Below, one piece after another: positions 23,498 through 37,094 of a stretch of DNA of 64,000 nt. How positions within the stretch are numbered: the stretch's first letter is position 1; every line of letters starts with the position of its first letter. This DNA comes from Chiloscyllium plagiosum (lineage: Eukaryota): NCBI RefSeq assembly GCF_004010195.1, contig NC_057760.1, forward strand, positions 1,672,215 to 1,736,214, in the 5' to 3' direction. The notes under the pieces are model-generated. The model was not told the DNA's origin. It saw only the letters and a program-made list of their open reading frames with translations, and did no database searches. The position numbers and the translations under genes are program-made.

Positions 23498-23852
23498 CTA
23501 CAAAATTGAAAGCAACAGTGTCCCAGGTTGTCTTGGAGATACATCCCCATGCCCCATAAAGCTTTGGCACTGGCTCAGTGAAGTCATGCTTTACTCACAG
23601 GTCAGCACGATGACTAAATCGTCAACTGCAATAAAATCTTTGGCTCAAAAGAAGTAATTTTGTCCATGATTTACCAGGCATGTCAGCCCACTGCCATCTA
23701 TTCTTTGTCCAGCAACACTGCTCCAATCGCGAGCAACTGCAACAGTGTAGATGGGCAGGGGAGGGGGGGAAAAAAAGAGGTCCAGGGTTCAGGGCCCCAG
23801 TCAAGCATGATGACTCAGAGTTAGACACCAACTATCACTCAGAAATCATGGC

Positions 23853-24049
23853 TTTAGGGTGTAGGTTTGCTCACTGAGCTGTAGGTTTGATATCCAGACG
23901 TTTCATTACCTGGCCAAGTAACATCAGTGGCGACCTCCAAGTGACCTCACCTAGCCAGGTAATGAAACGTCTGGATATCAAACCTACAGCTCAGCGAGCA
24001 AACCTACACCCTAAACCTCAATCTGAGCTACAAACCTTCACAAACCTTG
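23853..24049. mobile_element. 197-bp PLE-type foldback mini-element with perfect 13-bp TSD
   Basis: 62-bp inverted arms 23853-23914 / 23954-24015; CAGAAATCATGGC at 23840-23852 and 24050-24062; GAAACGTC hammerhead half-core in both arms. Confidence 0.85.
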
Positions 24050-25320
24050 CAGAAATCATGGCCCTGAAGTCAGCGTTTATCTATGCTGTTCTATGGAAGA
24101 ATTAATCCATTCTAAACAAATAAAGGGTGGGTGTTCGGAAGTAACCACTAAAAGGGTCTATTTCCATACCAGTCAGAATGGGTATGGGTGGCATCATCAT
24201 TGAAGTTGTACCCTGTTATGGACAGTGACATTCATGAGACAGTCAATACATGCGAGAAATTATATCAATGGCAAAGTGCTAAGTAGAAATGACATATTGT
24301 ACCACCAGCAAGAAATAAAGGAACCCCCCTTCTTGGGCGACTAAAAACTTCTGAGGTACAGGGAGCAAGCGATCAACTATGATAACAGTCTGAGACACAG
24401 AATGATTTAGAATTGAACCATCTACAAAAGACAGCCATGCTTTGGTTTCTGTCCTTCCTAGAATTTGCACCACACTTGGGGGTCAATGCACAGAGTTCTG
24501 GTCTCCACACTTTAAACAAGACCAAGGAGACATTAAAGAAAGCACAAAAGGAAATGTACAAGGATGATACCAGAGCCAAGACGTTATAATACCAGAACTG
24601 AGAAATTACGATTGTCAACAAAGTGCCAAAGGAACTGAGGAAGGCTTCTCTAGGAAGGGAAGGCTGAGATGTGATGAGATAGAGGTTAAAAAAAACCATG
24701 ACAAAGTTTGACAGAGTCAAAGTGGCGAGGTTGCAGATTCATTCCTAATTTTTTTGTAAATTGTTTTCAAGTTGTTGGCGTTTACTGCCAATCCCCAAGT
24801 GCCCTGGAGAAGGCAGGTGGTGAACTGCTTTTGTGAACCACTGTAGAGCTGGTGGTTGTAGGAAGACCCTCAGTGCCGTTAAGAAAGGGTAGGCAGTAAA
24901 GATCAAATGTAGGTGCTGTAAACACAAGATGGTCACAAATAAGCCTAAAATGAGAAACCAAGAGAGATGTTTTCAACCGTAAGAGCAGGGAGTGTGCGGA
25001 ATTGCACCCACAAAGAATGCTTGAGGCAAATAGGAGAGAAACACAGAAGGGGCAACTTGGATAGATGCAAGAACAAGGAAGGAAAAGAAGGATAGTGTGA
25101 CCCAGGGTTGGGGGGGTGGGGGTTAAGAAATAATAATAAGGATATGTGAGGAGCACAAAGACCAGAGGCCGAATGGCCTGCTTCTCTGCAGTACATTCTC
25201 AATTACACAAGCTAAACCACCTTTTTGAAATCTCCCATGCACGATAAAATGCACAATCCTGCCGAAAGAGGAATTGAACCAGACGGTTCCCTTGCTTAAA
25301 GGGCTGGGACAACCTCTCAC

Positions 25321-25529
25321 CTGCAGGGTGATCCTGTTCTTCACCAGCAGCCCTATTTTTATGTCCATGATGTTGAGGTCCTGCTCCAGGCGTTGATTGG
25401 AACGGATGTGCTGCACCACTTCCTCACGCAGTCGCATCAGTTCCCACTCCTCACGGAAGTCGTGGTCGCTGTGTTCCAGGAGATGGGCAAACTTCCGAAC
25501 CACGCTCAGCGGAGGGTTCTGGGCATGGA
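25321..25529 (-). CDS. IQGAP3: IQGAP3 coding exon (approx. exon 23): (V)HAQNPPLSVVRKFAHLLEHSDHDFREEWELMRLREEVVQHIRSNQRLEQDLNIMDIKIGLLVKNRITLQ
   Basis: tcctcag acceptor, GTGAGA donor; 209 nt, phase 1 to 0; LEQDLNIMDIKIGLLVKNRITLQ matches IQGAP3. Confidence 0.96.
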
Positions 25530-26204
25530 CTGAGGAATACAAGGTTTTTTTTTGAGAAACAAAATTTTCTCCACTAGCCCATGGAACTAAAGCTGCAGAC
25601 ACAGAGGTGAAATTGGGACCTAGCCACGACACCACTTGGGTCGTGTTGCATCAATGCATGACATGCACTCTGCCTGATATTCAGCTCCGTCAATATTATT
25701 GGAACTGAATAACAGGTCTTTATCATGGTCAGCATTTGCTAATTTGCACCATTTAATGCAGGACTCCCTAAACTGTGAGTTACAACTGAAGGGTCATGAG
25801 CTCTGAGGCAGCTTTTCTAATGAAGGGCCCGATTAATGCTGGGGGAATAAAAAAAAAAAGCCTGTGCAAAAGTAGATTTTTGAAAAAAAAAAATCCACAA
25901 TTTAAATACTTCCCAGCAGATAAAGCCCATCTTCCCCAGCCCTGCTCTTCTCATAAAATCTCCCTCCTCCAGGCACACAGCAACATGGTGGATTCCCAAC
26001 TGCCCTCAGAAACTGCACAGTAATCGGCGCAGATGAAGAGGAACTGGGGATGGGCAACAAATGATGATCCACATCCAGTGAAAGATATTTTTAAAATATC
26101 ATTATGGTACCTCTATTGCAACCTCTCAGGACAAAGAAGGACAGGGCATTGGTTTACAGCTTCACCTGAAAGGCTGCACACCCTCAGTGGTCCATTAGAG
26201 TGAC

Positions 26205-26299
26205 GAGTTCGATCAGTGAGTTCGATCAGTGAGTTCGATCAGTGAGTTCGATCAGTGAGTTCGATCAGTGAGTTCGATCAGTGAGTTCGATCAGTGAGT
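26205..26299. repeat. 13-bp minisatellite (GAGTTCGATCAGT)x7
   Basis: Perfect tandem copies. Confidence 0.92.
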
Positions 26300-26335
26300 G
26301 GTGCTGATTGACCAACTCTAACCAGAGTGAATGAA

Positions 26336-26515
26336 GCATCAAAGGAGCAGGAGAACCGATGTTTCGGGCATAAGCCCTTCTTCATTTTCCTGAAGAAGGG
26401 CTTATGTCCGAAACGTCGATTCTCCTGCTCCTTTGATGCTGCCTGACCTGCTGTGCTTTTCCAGCAACACATTTTTCCACTCTGATCTCCAGCATCTGCA
26501 GTCCTCACTTTCTCC
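26336..26515. mobile_element. PLE-type foldback insertion with intact hammerhead-like core
   Basis: 49-bp inverted arms 26336-26384 / 26391-26439; CTGAAGA-A-GGGC-TTAT-GTCC-GAAACGTC at 26390-26417; GAGTGAATG on both flanks. Confidence 0.8.
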
Positions 26516-26756
26516 CAATCTGAGTGAATGCAAAAGCTCCTGCAAGCCTGACAAAAAACAGGCAACGTCTTTGGTGCAGCGCTGAAGACCACTAGAGCCC
26601 TTGGAGGAATTGGACCAAGATGGATACAGAAGAGCCTGCATTGCATCTCGGAGCCTTCGCAACAAGCGGGTTGCCAGCTGGCAATGATTACAGAAAAGGA
26701 TAGGTGCTGCAGGTCTCAAAGATACCTCAAATGATTCAGTGCTTCAAACCCCTTAC

Positions 26757-26826
26757 CTAGGAGCCTGTAGTCTCCTCTGGCTTTGTTGGCTCTGACAAAC
26801 GCCTGGATCTTCACCACCGAAGCAAT
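26757..26826 (-). CDS. IQGAP3: IQGAP3 coding exon (approx. exon 22, IQ4): IASVVKIQAFVRANKARGDYRLL
   Basis: ttctgcag acceptor, GTAAGG donor; 70 nt, phase 0 to 1; KIQAF.RANKAR motif. Confidence 0.94.
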
Positions 26827-28061
26827 CTGCAGAAATGAGTAAACATTGGTCTTTAGAGAGTCCAAGGAAGCACAGTACCAGGATTTCAGTCGAGTGGGCA
26901 TCTGTTACCAAACCTGTGTGATCAGGAACTGATGAAGTAAATGATGACTTTACTTTCCAATCATTTCCTGTCAAAAAGGATAGAAGGAGCTTTACTCTGC
27001 ATGTAATCTCATGCTATCCTGTCCTGGAAATGTTTGATGTAGATGGTGTCAAGGCGACTTCTCTTTCTATTTGCTTCCCATTTAAAAGAGTAGGAACTGA
27101 TAAACGAGAGCCCCTACATTTAGTGGGCACAGCTTCACCCCATGGGCTCTGGTCACCAATTAACAGCAACAATATCATTTGAAATATAGTGTCAGGAACT
27201 CAGGAACAGGGCAATTAAGCTGTACTGGGCAGTCGGAGTATCAAGGACATAATACTTCTACTTTGGAGACAATGAGGAGGAGCCCATCCTTTTAAACATC
27301 ACGAACCGAGGGTTGGTCTTTCTGTCTAAAATGCTGTCACTCCAAGGTGATAAGCCCTGTGTACAAACGCCACGCACCCACACAAAAACAAAATGCAGAA
27401 AATCTGAACCAAAAAAAACAAAAACGTGGAGAATTGGGAAACACTCTGCAGTGCCGATGGAGAAAGAAAAAAAAAAAGGAGCCAACATTTTAGGTCTGGA
27501 GGACTTCCTGCAGGATGGGGTACTCCGAATGAGTGAAAGATGTGGAATGGGGCGGGGGGAGGGGAGCAAGATGGGAAAGGTTAAACACCAAAAAAAAAGT
27601 TCATAATGTAAGGCTAAAGAGAGTGCAGTGAGCAAAGAAACAAAAGATGTACCTGGAGAAGGCTACAACGGAGGAGCCTACAAAGCCATAACTCGAACAT
27701 ACAGGAAATGAGAGACAGGCAAGGTGAAAGAAACGTTAAGATGGCGAGGGACTGGATTGGGTGGAGACCTGGACGACTTTGGTTGTGGGGAAGACCAAAA
27801 CTAGTGGACATGTTTTAAGAATAAGACAAAGTTAAGGAAAATTACTTTTTTCTCAGAGGGTCATCAGAATGCATAATTCTCTTCTCAAAAAGATAGTGCA
27901 TTCAAACTTATCCAAAGTGGGAGTTAGATAGATTTTGATAGACAACGGATTTAAGGCTACAAATGGGACAATGGAGATGAGATCACAGCCAGATCAGTTA
28001 TGACCATATTGAATGGTGGAGCAGGCTTGAAGGACCAAATACAATATATAATAATTATTGC

Positions 28062-29590
28062 AGAATCCAGAAGGCTGAAAAGTAGTTAGGCGAGAGAGGA
28101 AGTAGCTGGGGCCCTGACAGTTATCTTTGCAGCATCCTTAAACACAGGAGAGGTGCTAGAGGATTGGAGGGTTGCTCATGTTGTCCCCGCATACAAGAAG
28201 GGTTGTAGGGATATTCCAGGCAACCTACAGACCAATGAGCCTGACGCCAGTGGTGGGAAGGTTGCTGGAGAAGGGACTGAGGGATAAAATCCATTTATAT
28301 TTGGAAAAGAATGGGCTTATCAGTTTTAGGCAACAGGGTTTTGTGCGGGAGAGATCGTGCCTTACCAACATAGAGTTCTTCGAGGAAGTGACCAAGTTGT
28401 TAGATGAAGGAAAGACTGTTGTTGTCATATACATGGACTTTAGTAAGGCGTTTGATAAGGTTCCCCATGGTAGACTAATGGAGAAAGTGAAGTTACATGG
28501 TGTGCAGGGTGTTCTACCAGGTGGAGAAAGAACTGGTTGAGCAACAGGAGACAGTAGTAGTAGAAGGGAGTTTCTCGAAATGGACAAAGGTGACCAGTGG
28601 TGTTCCACAGGGATCAGTGCTGGGGCCACTGTTGTTTGTGATATACATAAATGATCTGGAAGAGGGCACTGTTGAGATGACGCGAAGGTTGGTGGAGTAG
28701 CAGAAAGCATAGGGGACTGTCAAAGCATACAGGAGAATATAGATAGACTGGAGAGTTGAGCAGAGAAGTGGCAGATAAGTTCAATCCAGACAAATGTGAG
28801 GTGATGCATTTTGGGAAGACTAATTCTAGAGCGAATTATACAGTAAACAGAAGAGCCTTGGGAAAAGTTGATGAGCAGAGAGATCTGGGAGCTCAGGTTC
28901 CATTGTACCCTGAAGGTTGCTGTACAGGTGGATAGAGTGGTCAAGAAGACAAATGGTATGCTTGCCTTCAGACAGGGTACTGGAGTATAAGAGCTGGCAA
29001 GTTATGTTAAAATTGTACAAGACATTGGTTTGGCTGCATTTAGAATACTGTGTACAGTTCTGGTTGCCACATTACTAAAAGGATGTGGACATTTTGGAGA
29101 GGGTGCAGAGAAGGTTTATGTGGATGTTGCCTGATATGAAGAGCTATGAAGAGAGGTTGAGTAGTTAGGATTGTTTTCATTAGAAAAAAGGAGGAGATTA
29201 AGGGGGGGAACCTGAGTGAGGTCAACAAAATCATGAAGAGTATAGACGGGTTAGATAGAGATAAGCTTTTTCCCCAGGGTGAAGGATTCAATAACGAGAG
29301 GTCATGCATTCAAGGTGAGCGGTGAAAAGTTTAAGGGGGATACACGTGGCAAGTACTTTACACAGAGGGTGGTAGGTGCCTGGAATGCGTTGCCAGCAGA
29401 GGTAGTAGAGGCAGGCGCAGGAGATTCATTTAAGATGTGTCTGGACAGATGCATGAGTCGGTGGGGAGCAAAGGGATACAGATGCTTAGGAATTGGGCAA
29501 TAGGTTTAGACAGTGGATTTGGATCAGATCAGGCTTGGAGGGCCGCAGGGCCTGTTCCTGGGCTGTAAGTCTTCTTTGTTCTTCTTTGAA
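28062..29590 (+). mobile_element. CR1 LINE, RT domain to 3' end, decayed
   Basis: YRPMSLT, QQGFVRERSCLTN, IYMDFSKAFDKVPH and [21 protein letters not shown] motifs with frameshifts. Confidence 0.93.
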
Positions 29591-29802
29591 AGAGGAGGTG
29601 GTTTTCCCACAGTTTGTGGTCACTGGAAGGCTGCACTTATGCACAAACCAGACAGGGTGCTTCGAACCTTGAATTAAGCAGCTGTGGCCAGGTTTTGCAA
29701 CATTTGATATCTCTCCCAGTACCTCCATCCAATTTCAAACCTGTTCAGTCCTTTAAGCAGAGAATTTGCTGACTGGTAGATTATTTATTCACTCAAGCTT
29801 AC

Positions 29803-29874
29803 ATTGTTCTTGAAGTGCTGCAGCCTTGCCCTATATCTCCTCTTTGCCTGCCACATCCTCACCCAGGACTGAAT
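29803..29874 (-). CDS. IQGAP3: IQGAP3 coding exon (approx. exon 21, IQ3): IQSWVRMWQAKRRYRARLQHFKNN
   Basis: ttttctag acceptor, GTAAGC donor; 72 nt, phase 0 to 0. Confidence 0.93.
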
Positions 29875-32642
29875 CTAGAAAAAAAACATTAAAGACAATA
29901 GTTAAAAAAAGAAATCTAACAAACTTGACTCAACTGACTAGGTGAGCAACGTTCAGGAGTAACAGCTCTTCAGGATGGTATCCTCGGTCCAACTTCTTCA
30001 GCTATTTCATCACTGACTCCTTCCATCAGGAGGGCAGAAATGGGGATTTTCGTTAATGACAGCACAATACTTAGCACCATTCGCAACTCCTAAGATACTG
30101 AAGAAGTCTCAATCCAGATGCAGCAAGACCTGCATACCATCCAGGTTTGGACTGACAAGTAAAATGCACCCACACAACTGCCAAGCAACAACGATCTCTA
30201 ACACAGTAGTGAATCCACCCATCACCCTTTTTCACAATTACTGGCATGACTATCATTGAATCACTACTAGCAACATCCTGGAGGTTACCATTGACCAGAA
30301 AATGAATTGGAAATAACCAAGCCTCCAAAAGGACTTTGGTACTTTCCACATTGTTCAGCACACAGGAATTTGATGTTAAGATAGGGCTTAGGGAAGTCAG
30401 CAACAAATTATTCGAAATGCAAAAAGCTCTCCCAGGTTTCCCTTAACTCTTTTGAACCACGTCAAGGTGGGTGCTCAGCCCCTCAGCAACAAGTCACAAA
30501 GGTGCTTTACTGAACACAAGCTCCAGGAACATGTCAAGCACAGCATTCCCTCCAAATTTCTTTCTGGCTCACAATGCCAATCACCATGCAGGGAACATTG
30601 GAGCAGCTGTGCAGCTTACATGGAACATTGAGGGGGGGGGGGGGGCAGTCATTCACCCCCTCAAGCCGGCTCCCAAATCTAATAATCATGGCTCATCTAA
30701 TTACGGCCTCAACTCCACATCCTACCCATCCTCTGACCTTCTGGATCCCTTGTTAATCAAGGATCTCTCTCCTTCTGCTTTAAAATATGGTCTCTCCTCA
30801 CCTCTAGCCCGCTCTGTGAAAGAGTTCCAAAGACTCATGATACTCTGGAAAAGAGATTCCACTTCATCTGTGTCAATATGGGACACCCCTCATTTTTAAT
30901 CTGTGCCCCTTTGTTCCAGTCACACCCACAAGGGGAGAGAACATCGTCCAAACATCCACATTGTCAAGTTCCCACAGGATCGGATATTTCAATACTGGCG
31001 CAGGCAATGTTACAAATGCCAGAAACCGGAGCTGGAGTGGGTCAGCCAGTCCCTCGAGACCGCTCTGCCTTTCGGCGAGAACATGGTCTCTCTGCAACCT
31101 CACCTCCACTCTCCCTCCATTCCCCATTCTCCACTCTGGAAAACAGGCTGAACCACCATCACGTCTCGTTAAAGGGTGTTTGTCGCACAAGTTGTTTATC
31201 TGTGAAGTGCTTTACAAGGTACCTTCCTACTACTGCTTAGGTTCCACTTCAAATCAAATCTCACTGGCCCCATCTCCAACTCTGCCTCTCATTTTCTCCC
31301 CAGATCACCAAATCCCTCAGATTTCTCTTAGAGATCGGAATTTAATGTCACCATATCAGTACTACATCCTGATTTATCTCACTCTCTATACTACATGTCA
31401 ACTACTGAGTTTCTTTACACTGATCTTTCAATTTGCCACGTTTTTATTTTAGGAAAAAGAGGTTCCACTTCCAACTAGAAGGACAAGAGCATGGGAACAC
31501 CAACCCCTGCAAGATTCCCAGCTAAGCCACCCAACATCCTGACTTGGAAATATATCACCATTCCTTCATTGTCACTGGGCCAAAATCCTGGAATTGCCTC
31601 CCTCAGGGCATTGTGGGTCAGCCTACAGTAGGTGGACTGCAGTAGTTCAAGGCGGCAGCTCACCTTCAAGGGCAACTATGGATGGGCAATAAATGCTGGC
31701 CCACCAGTGACATCCACATCCCACAAGTGAATTTTAAAAATCTGTTTAAAATACAGAGGATGCTCAGTGAGCTCACATTAAGGTTTTGCATTGCTTTGCT
31801 AAGGCAATTCCTTTAAAAATGAAGCTTCATCAAGTGATTCAATAATGAAACACATCTTAGCTCATTTACATAAAAGCACAATTTGAAACAGTCATTTCGC
31901 AGGCTGGTTAATGCCTCATGACGCTCTTATCGTGCAGCTGGGGTTGAACCGTTTCATAAGCACCTGGATGGCACAGACTCACCATTCTCAGGTTACTCTG
32001 AAGAAAATTAAGTTTTAAGCGGTTTACTTGTGCCCCCCACCCTTAAAGATTAGTTTGTTTAAATAACAGACCCATTAAAATTATACATTTAAACAAATTC
32101 TCCGGTTGAGCACAGCGTTCGATCACTACCGCTTCCCTTGTTTAAGGAAAAATCGATTATCTGAATAATCAATTAACCAAACGAAAGAGTGTCCGGCCAA
32201 TCTCGTCCAGATAATAGAGGTTCCTCTATAGACAGCTCTCACCTGTCTTATAACCAATCTTCAAAAAAAAATGTACCTCTTAAAGCTTAGTATCATCGCA
32301 ACCAATGTCAATGGACTATTCCACATTGGGGAGCTCTTCCCCCTTGATGACCTTCTGCCCTGTGAACTTTCTGGGAGATGGGGTTTAGGGGTGGGTAGAT
32401 TCACTGGACAGCCAGCAACAGAATGAGATCTCCCCGTTCCATTTTTGCACTGCCCCAAACACAGGATGCAGAGACTGAAAAGAAAAAACAATTGGCTCCA
32501 AACCCAGTCTGTGGGCTCAACTGAAGCAAAACTCCAACCAGCCACTGAAGGATCTTTAAATATTTATCATGCTATTTAGACCAGTCTTCCTTCATTATAA
32601 TTAACATTACATGACACAAGGCCAGAGCTAAGTGGTCTGTAC

Positions 32643-32726
32643 CTTAATTACAGCATCTGTGTTGTCTCGAAAGTGATGAAGTCTCTTCTGGTAATCTCTC
32701 CGCTGTCTGTAACCTCTCCAGTGCGA
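32643..32726 (-). CDS. IQGAP3: IQGAP3 coding exon (approx. exon 20, IQ2): SHWRGYRQRRDYQKRLHHFRDNTDAVIK
   Basis: gtttcag acceptor, GTACAG donor; 84 nt, phase 0 to 0; completes the Q|SHWRGYRQR IQ motif. Confidence 0.94.
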
Positions 32727-33804
32727 CTGAAACATAAAACACAGCTGAATGCTATTCCCTCCACCAGTTACCAGCCACCACAAACAAGAGGATAACTTTT
32801 AGGATTTAATTCTGGAATCTTAAAATTTAGCAGGAAGAAAACTAATGTTGAAAAATAATTTTTCTTTGGATGCGAGTGACACTGGCAAGAGACTGTTTAT
32901 TCCCCACGAGTTATCAGAGCATGTTGGCACAATGATGCACAGATGTTGCAGCAGAATTGTGTCTTAAGGGACCCATTGATAATTTCAAGAATGGTCTCGT
33001 CTTTTGATTCAAAAAGCCATAACTACCTTTGCTGCTTGCTCATTGGATGATATTACTCAGAAGGAGTCATTCCACACTTAAGGCTTACTATTCAGAAGAG
33101 CTATGTGATTATTCCCATTTCTGGCAGAATTGCAGATTGCTCCTCTGTTTAGGTATTGATTGATTTCCTTTTCAAGGTTATTATTGATTCTGCTTTCACT
33201 GGGTGCACCCGCAAATCTTACCCAGCTGGACTCGATTAATCTTTTACACAGAAACACTCCAAAGTTACATTAGGACCACGTGCTGGTTGCAGCTAACCAC
33301 CACCCTCCAAAGGACAATAAATGCTGGACTAGCCAGTGATACAGATGATGTGAATGAATAAAATTTTTAAAAATCAGGTCATTTGATCCATCTGCTCCAC
33401 GCTTATCCTCCTTGATGCCATCCCTTTGTTTTTTAAAGGCACCCAACTAACCTGTTCTTTTATCCTTTCTTTATTTTTTCATGGGATGTGGGCTTTGCTG
33501 GCAACACCAGCATTCATTGCCCATCTCGAAAAATATCTTGAACTGACTGGCTCGCCATAGAGTGGACGTAGAGATGATGTTCCCTCTCGTAGGATAGGCT
33601 AATAGCTGATGGCACAGCCTCAGAACGAAGGGACAAGTCTTGAGAACGGAGGAGAGGAGGAATTTCTTCAACCAGAGGCAGACGAATCTGTGGAACACAC
33701 TGCCACAGAAGGTTGTGGAGGCCACATCATCGAGTGTATTTAAGGGAGAGAAAGATAGGTCCTTGGGAAGAAGTCATGGGGTTGAGAAACATATCAGGCA
33801 GACT

Positions 33805-33954
33805 AAGTGAGGACTGCAGATGCTGGAGATCAGAGTCGAGAGTGTAGTGCTGGAAAAGCACAGCAGGTCAGGCAGCATCCGAGGAGCAGGAGGATCGACG
33901 TTTCGGTTCTCCTGCCCCTCGGATGCTGCCTGATCTGCTGTGCTTTTCCAGCAC
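33805..33954. mobile_element. PLE-type foldback insertion (centre deleted) inside a CR1 3' fragment (about 33540-34030)
   Basis: Inverted arms TGCTGGAAAAGCACAGCAGGTCAGGCAGCATCCGAGG / CCTCGGATGCTGCCTGATCTGCTGTGCTTTTCCAGCA; CATATCAG on both flanks. Confidence 0.75.
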
Positions 33955-34479
33955 CATATCAGCCAAGATTGAATCGAGGAGAAGACTAGATGGGCCAAAT
34001 GACCCAATTCTGCTCCTATATCTTATGGTCATAGGGAGGCCAGCTAAGAGTTAGCCGTATTACTGAGGTCAGTGGAGTCACACATCAGTCAGACAGCGCA
34101 AGGACAGTGATCTCTTTTCCCGTTAATGAACTCAACACTGTTTTTTTTTCTAAAAACATCAATTAATTTCATGGCCCCATATTCCAGATTTATTAATTGA
34201 ATTTAAATTCCACCACCAATGTCTCCGGGCCTCTGATCTAGATAGCTTGGATTTAATCCTATACCTACATCCTCTCAGCCATTCGAGATAATCTGAATCC
34301 CTGTATTCTGTCTATTTTCTTTCCCATCCATTTAGAGAGAAAAGACCCTATCAAATCCTTCCACAACCTCCTTGGACAAAACTGCCCCAATTGTTCATAG
34401 TGGGGATAGAGGAAAATGGGGAGGTTCACTGATGATTACAGTGCCCAGTTCCACTGCTAATTCTTCATGGTCCATATCT

Positions 34480-35160
34480 GCGTAGAGCAAGAGCCTGAAC
34501 AACATTCAGGGTTGAATTGATAAGAGGCAAGAGTCATGCCACAATGAGTGTAAAACCACCTCCCATGAGATTTAATAGCATCTCCAAATGCCAGTTGTCA
34601 ATAACCTGAGGCGAGTGGGAGAGATACCTTTGACCAGATATCGCTACTGGATCCACCTCCTAAAAACTGCAGCTTATTAAAGGAGGCTGGGACTTCTACA
34701 GCGTATGTCTGCCCCCCAAACTCCTACACCACTTGCAAGGCACGAGTCAGGAGTGTGACGGAACTCTTTCCATGTGCCTGGATGGCCAACTCTAACAAGA
34801 GAATCAACATCACCCAGAATAAAGCATCCCCCGATTGTTTGCCATTCCACCTACCACCTTAAACATTCACTCCCAATATCACCAATGCTCTCTAGCAGCA
34901 GTGTGTACCATTTGGAGAACGTACGGTGGTAACTCATCTACACTCCTTTGACAGCCTCTTCTAAAATCGTATCTTCTACCAGAGGGACAAGGACAGCAGA
35001 TGCAGGAGAACCTCACCACATGTAGGACGTTACCAAGCCTCTCAGTGCTGACCTGGAACTATTATCGGCCATTGCTTCACTGTCCTGGGTCAAAAATCCT
35101 AGAAGTGTCTACCTAACAGTATCTGGTAACACCTTCATACACAAACTGCAGTGGATTAAG
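34480..35160 (+). mobile_element. Old L2/CR1-clade LINE 3' fragment; same family at about 29950-30310, 31470-31740, 38530-39120, 57590-58150 and 63400-64000
   Basis: Shared blocks; the 63.6-kb copy translates MEYSPLIWKSAAPSTLKKIDTLQDKA (post-RT LINE region). Confidence 0.7.
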
Positions 35161-37094
35161 AAATGGGTAAAGAGAGGTAGCAAAGGATTTGCAATAAATG
35201 GGGTGTGGAATAAAAGGCCTTCCTGGATTTGATCACAGGCGAGCCAAAGAAAGTCACTAAGGTCTTCAGAAGATCAAACTGAACAGTCAAATAACCTCTG
35301 AGAAGAACAGGTTCAATTTGGTGATAACTCCTGGTACGTATAATGGATTGGTTGGCAAACCCAACACTTGGTGCTGGATTCAAACCAAAGTCCATCAACT
35401 CTACCTTCATCTACCTTGGTCCTAGCTGTGGCTTGGTGCATGGCTCACCTTACCTCAGACACGTGGATTTGAGTGCCACTTCAAAGGCACCACAACAAAT
35501 TCCATGCCGAGACCTCCAGTAGCTGTAAGGTGCAAGTGCTGCACTGTTGGAGGTTGCACCTCTACGGAAAGGGTTCACAGAGTGACGACGAGTTCAGAGC
35601 AGCGTTTGTTAAGTGAACACTTGCTAAAAATTGTGCTGACACGTTAATTACAGTTGCTAAATCAAACAGGGACACAGGAAACAAGAGGAAGAGTAGACCA
35701 TTCAGCCCCATGCTTTGCCACTTTCCCAGATTTTGGCTGATCTTCTACATTTTCCCGGTACCAGCCCATAGCCTTTGATATCTTTACAACAATTTAGTAG
35801 AAGTAAAAAGAGTGATGTTCAAAAGAGAATTGGACAAACGCTTTAAGAGGAAAATAAAATTGCAGGGTGTGGGAAAAGTGTACGAGAACAAGATCAATTG
35901 AAGAGCTCTTCCAAAGAACCAACACAAATACAAAAGCTGAACGGTCTTTTTTCATGCGAGAACAGCCCAAGATTACAGCCATGACCTTGAAGGGCAGTAG
36001 ACACTGGAGAATCTGAGCTGCATGTACCACTCCAAGTCATGGACCATCCTTCGAAAGGATGTCATTAGTTGCCAAGTGTGTTGGAGTATTGTGTGTGTCT
36101 CTTTCTTTCTGCCCATCCTGTCCAAATTACCCCCACTTTTTCCTGAAATTGTGTTCTTAGGAGTGCAACTCAACTGGCACTCCATTCTTTAAACACATGA
36201 GCCCAGGTGGTGACAGCAGACTGCTCGAACACAAGGATGTCGCAGCTTAGCCAGACCCCAATCTCCAGGCGTAACGCTACGGATCAGTGGGTAATCATTG
36301 CAAGAGTTTTCCCGGGCAAACCAGGAACACAAAGGTCAATATTATCACCCCAGCGAAGCACAACCATTTCAGATTCACACCACTCCCCCAAACACTCTAA
36401 CAGAATGGCTGTGTCGCATTCAGACAACGTTATATGACTCGGACAGACTGTGTTACTCGGGGACAGATTATGGAAGCAAAAGTGGTTGCCAATTTATGCA
36501 GAGCAAGACCTGTATCAAGGGGAGGTAATGACGGTATTATTGCTTGACAATTAATCCAGAGCTCTGGGGAATGCTCTGGGGGCCCAGGTTCAAACCCTAC
36601 CACAGCAGATGGTGGAAATTGAATTCATCACAAATCTGAATGGAAACAGTTTAATGATGGCCATGAAATCAAGTCAGAAAAATCCACCAGGTTCACTGAT
36701 ATCACTTATTGGCCTGGGATATCCTTACCCACTCTGATCTGCATGCGACTCCAGCAAACTCACAGCATTATGGTTGACTCTTAACTCCCCTCTGGGAGAA
36801 GGGATGTGTATTAAGTGCTAGCCTAGCCATCAACACCCACATACCATGAATGAACAAACAGAACTCCACACACGGCAACAAGAGGAATGTCACTTCTTTT
36901 TTAAAGAAAGCATCGACTGGAGGGAGGCAATGTCAGTCAGGAATTCAAGGGATGTGGCAGGATGTTTACGATCATGGAGACAAGGATGGGCGGGGTCAAT
37001 TGCGAGGTGCATCCCTGACAACCTGACATCTCTTCAGTACCGCACTGGAGAGTCGGCCTGGATGATACGGGAAGAAAGGTCAGAAACACTCTAC

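Noticed and set aside
32150..32230. Possible Tc1/mariner-Tigger terminal repeat (GATAATAGAGGTTCCTCTA-TA)
   Set aside because: Only one degenerate end is visible, with no matching partner TIR.
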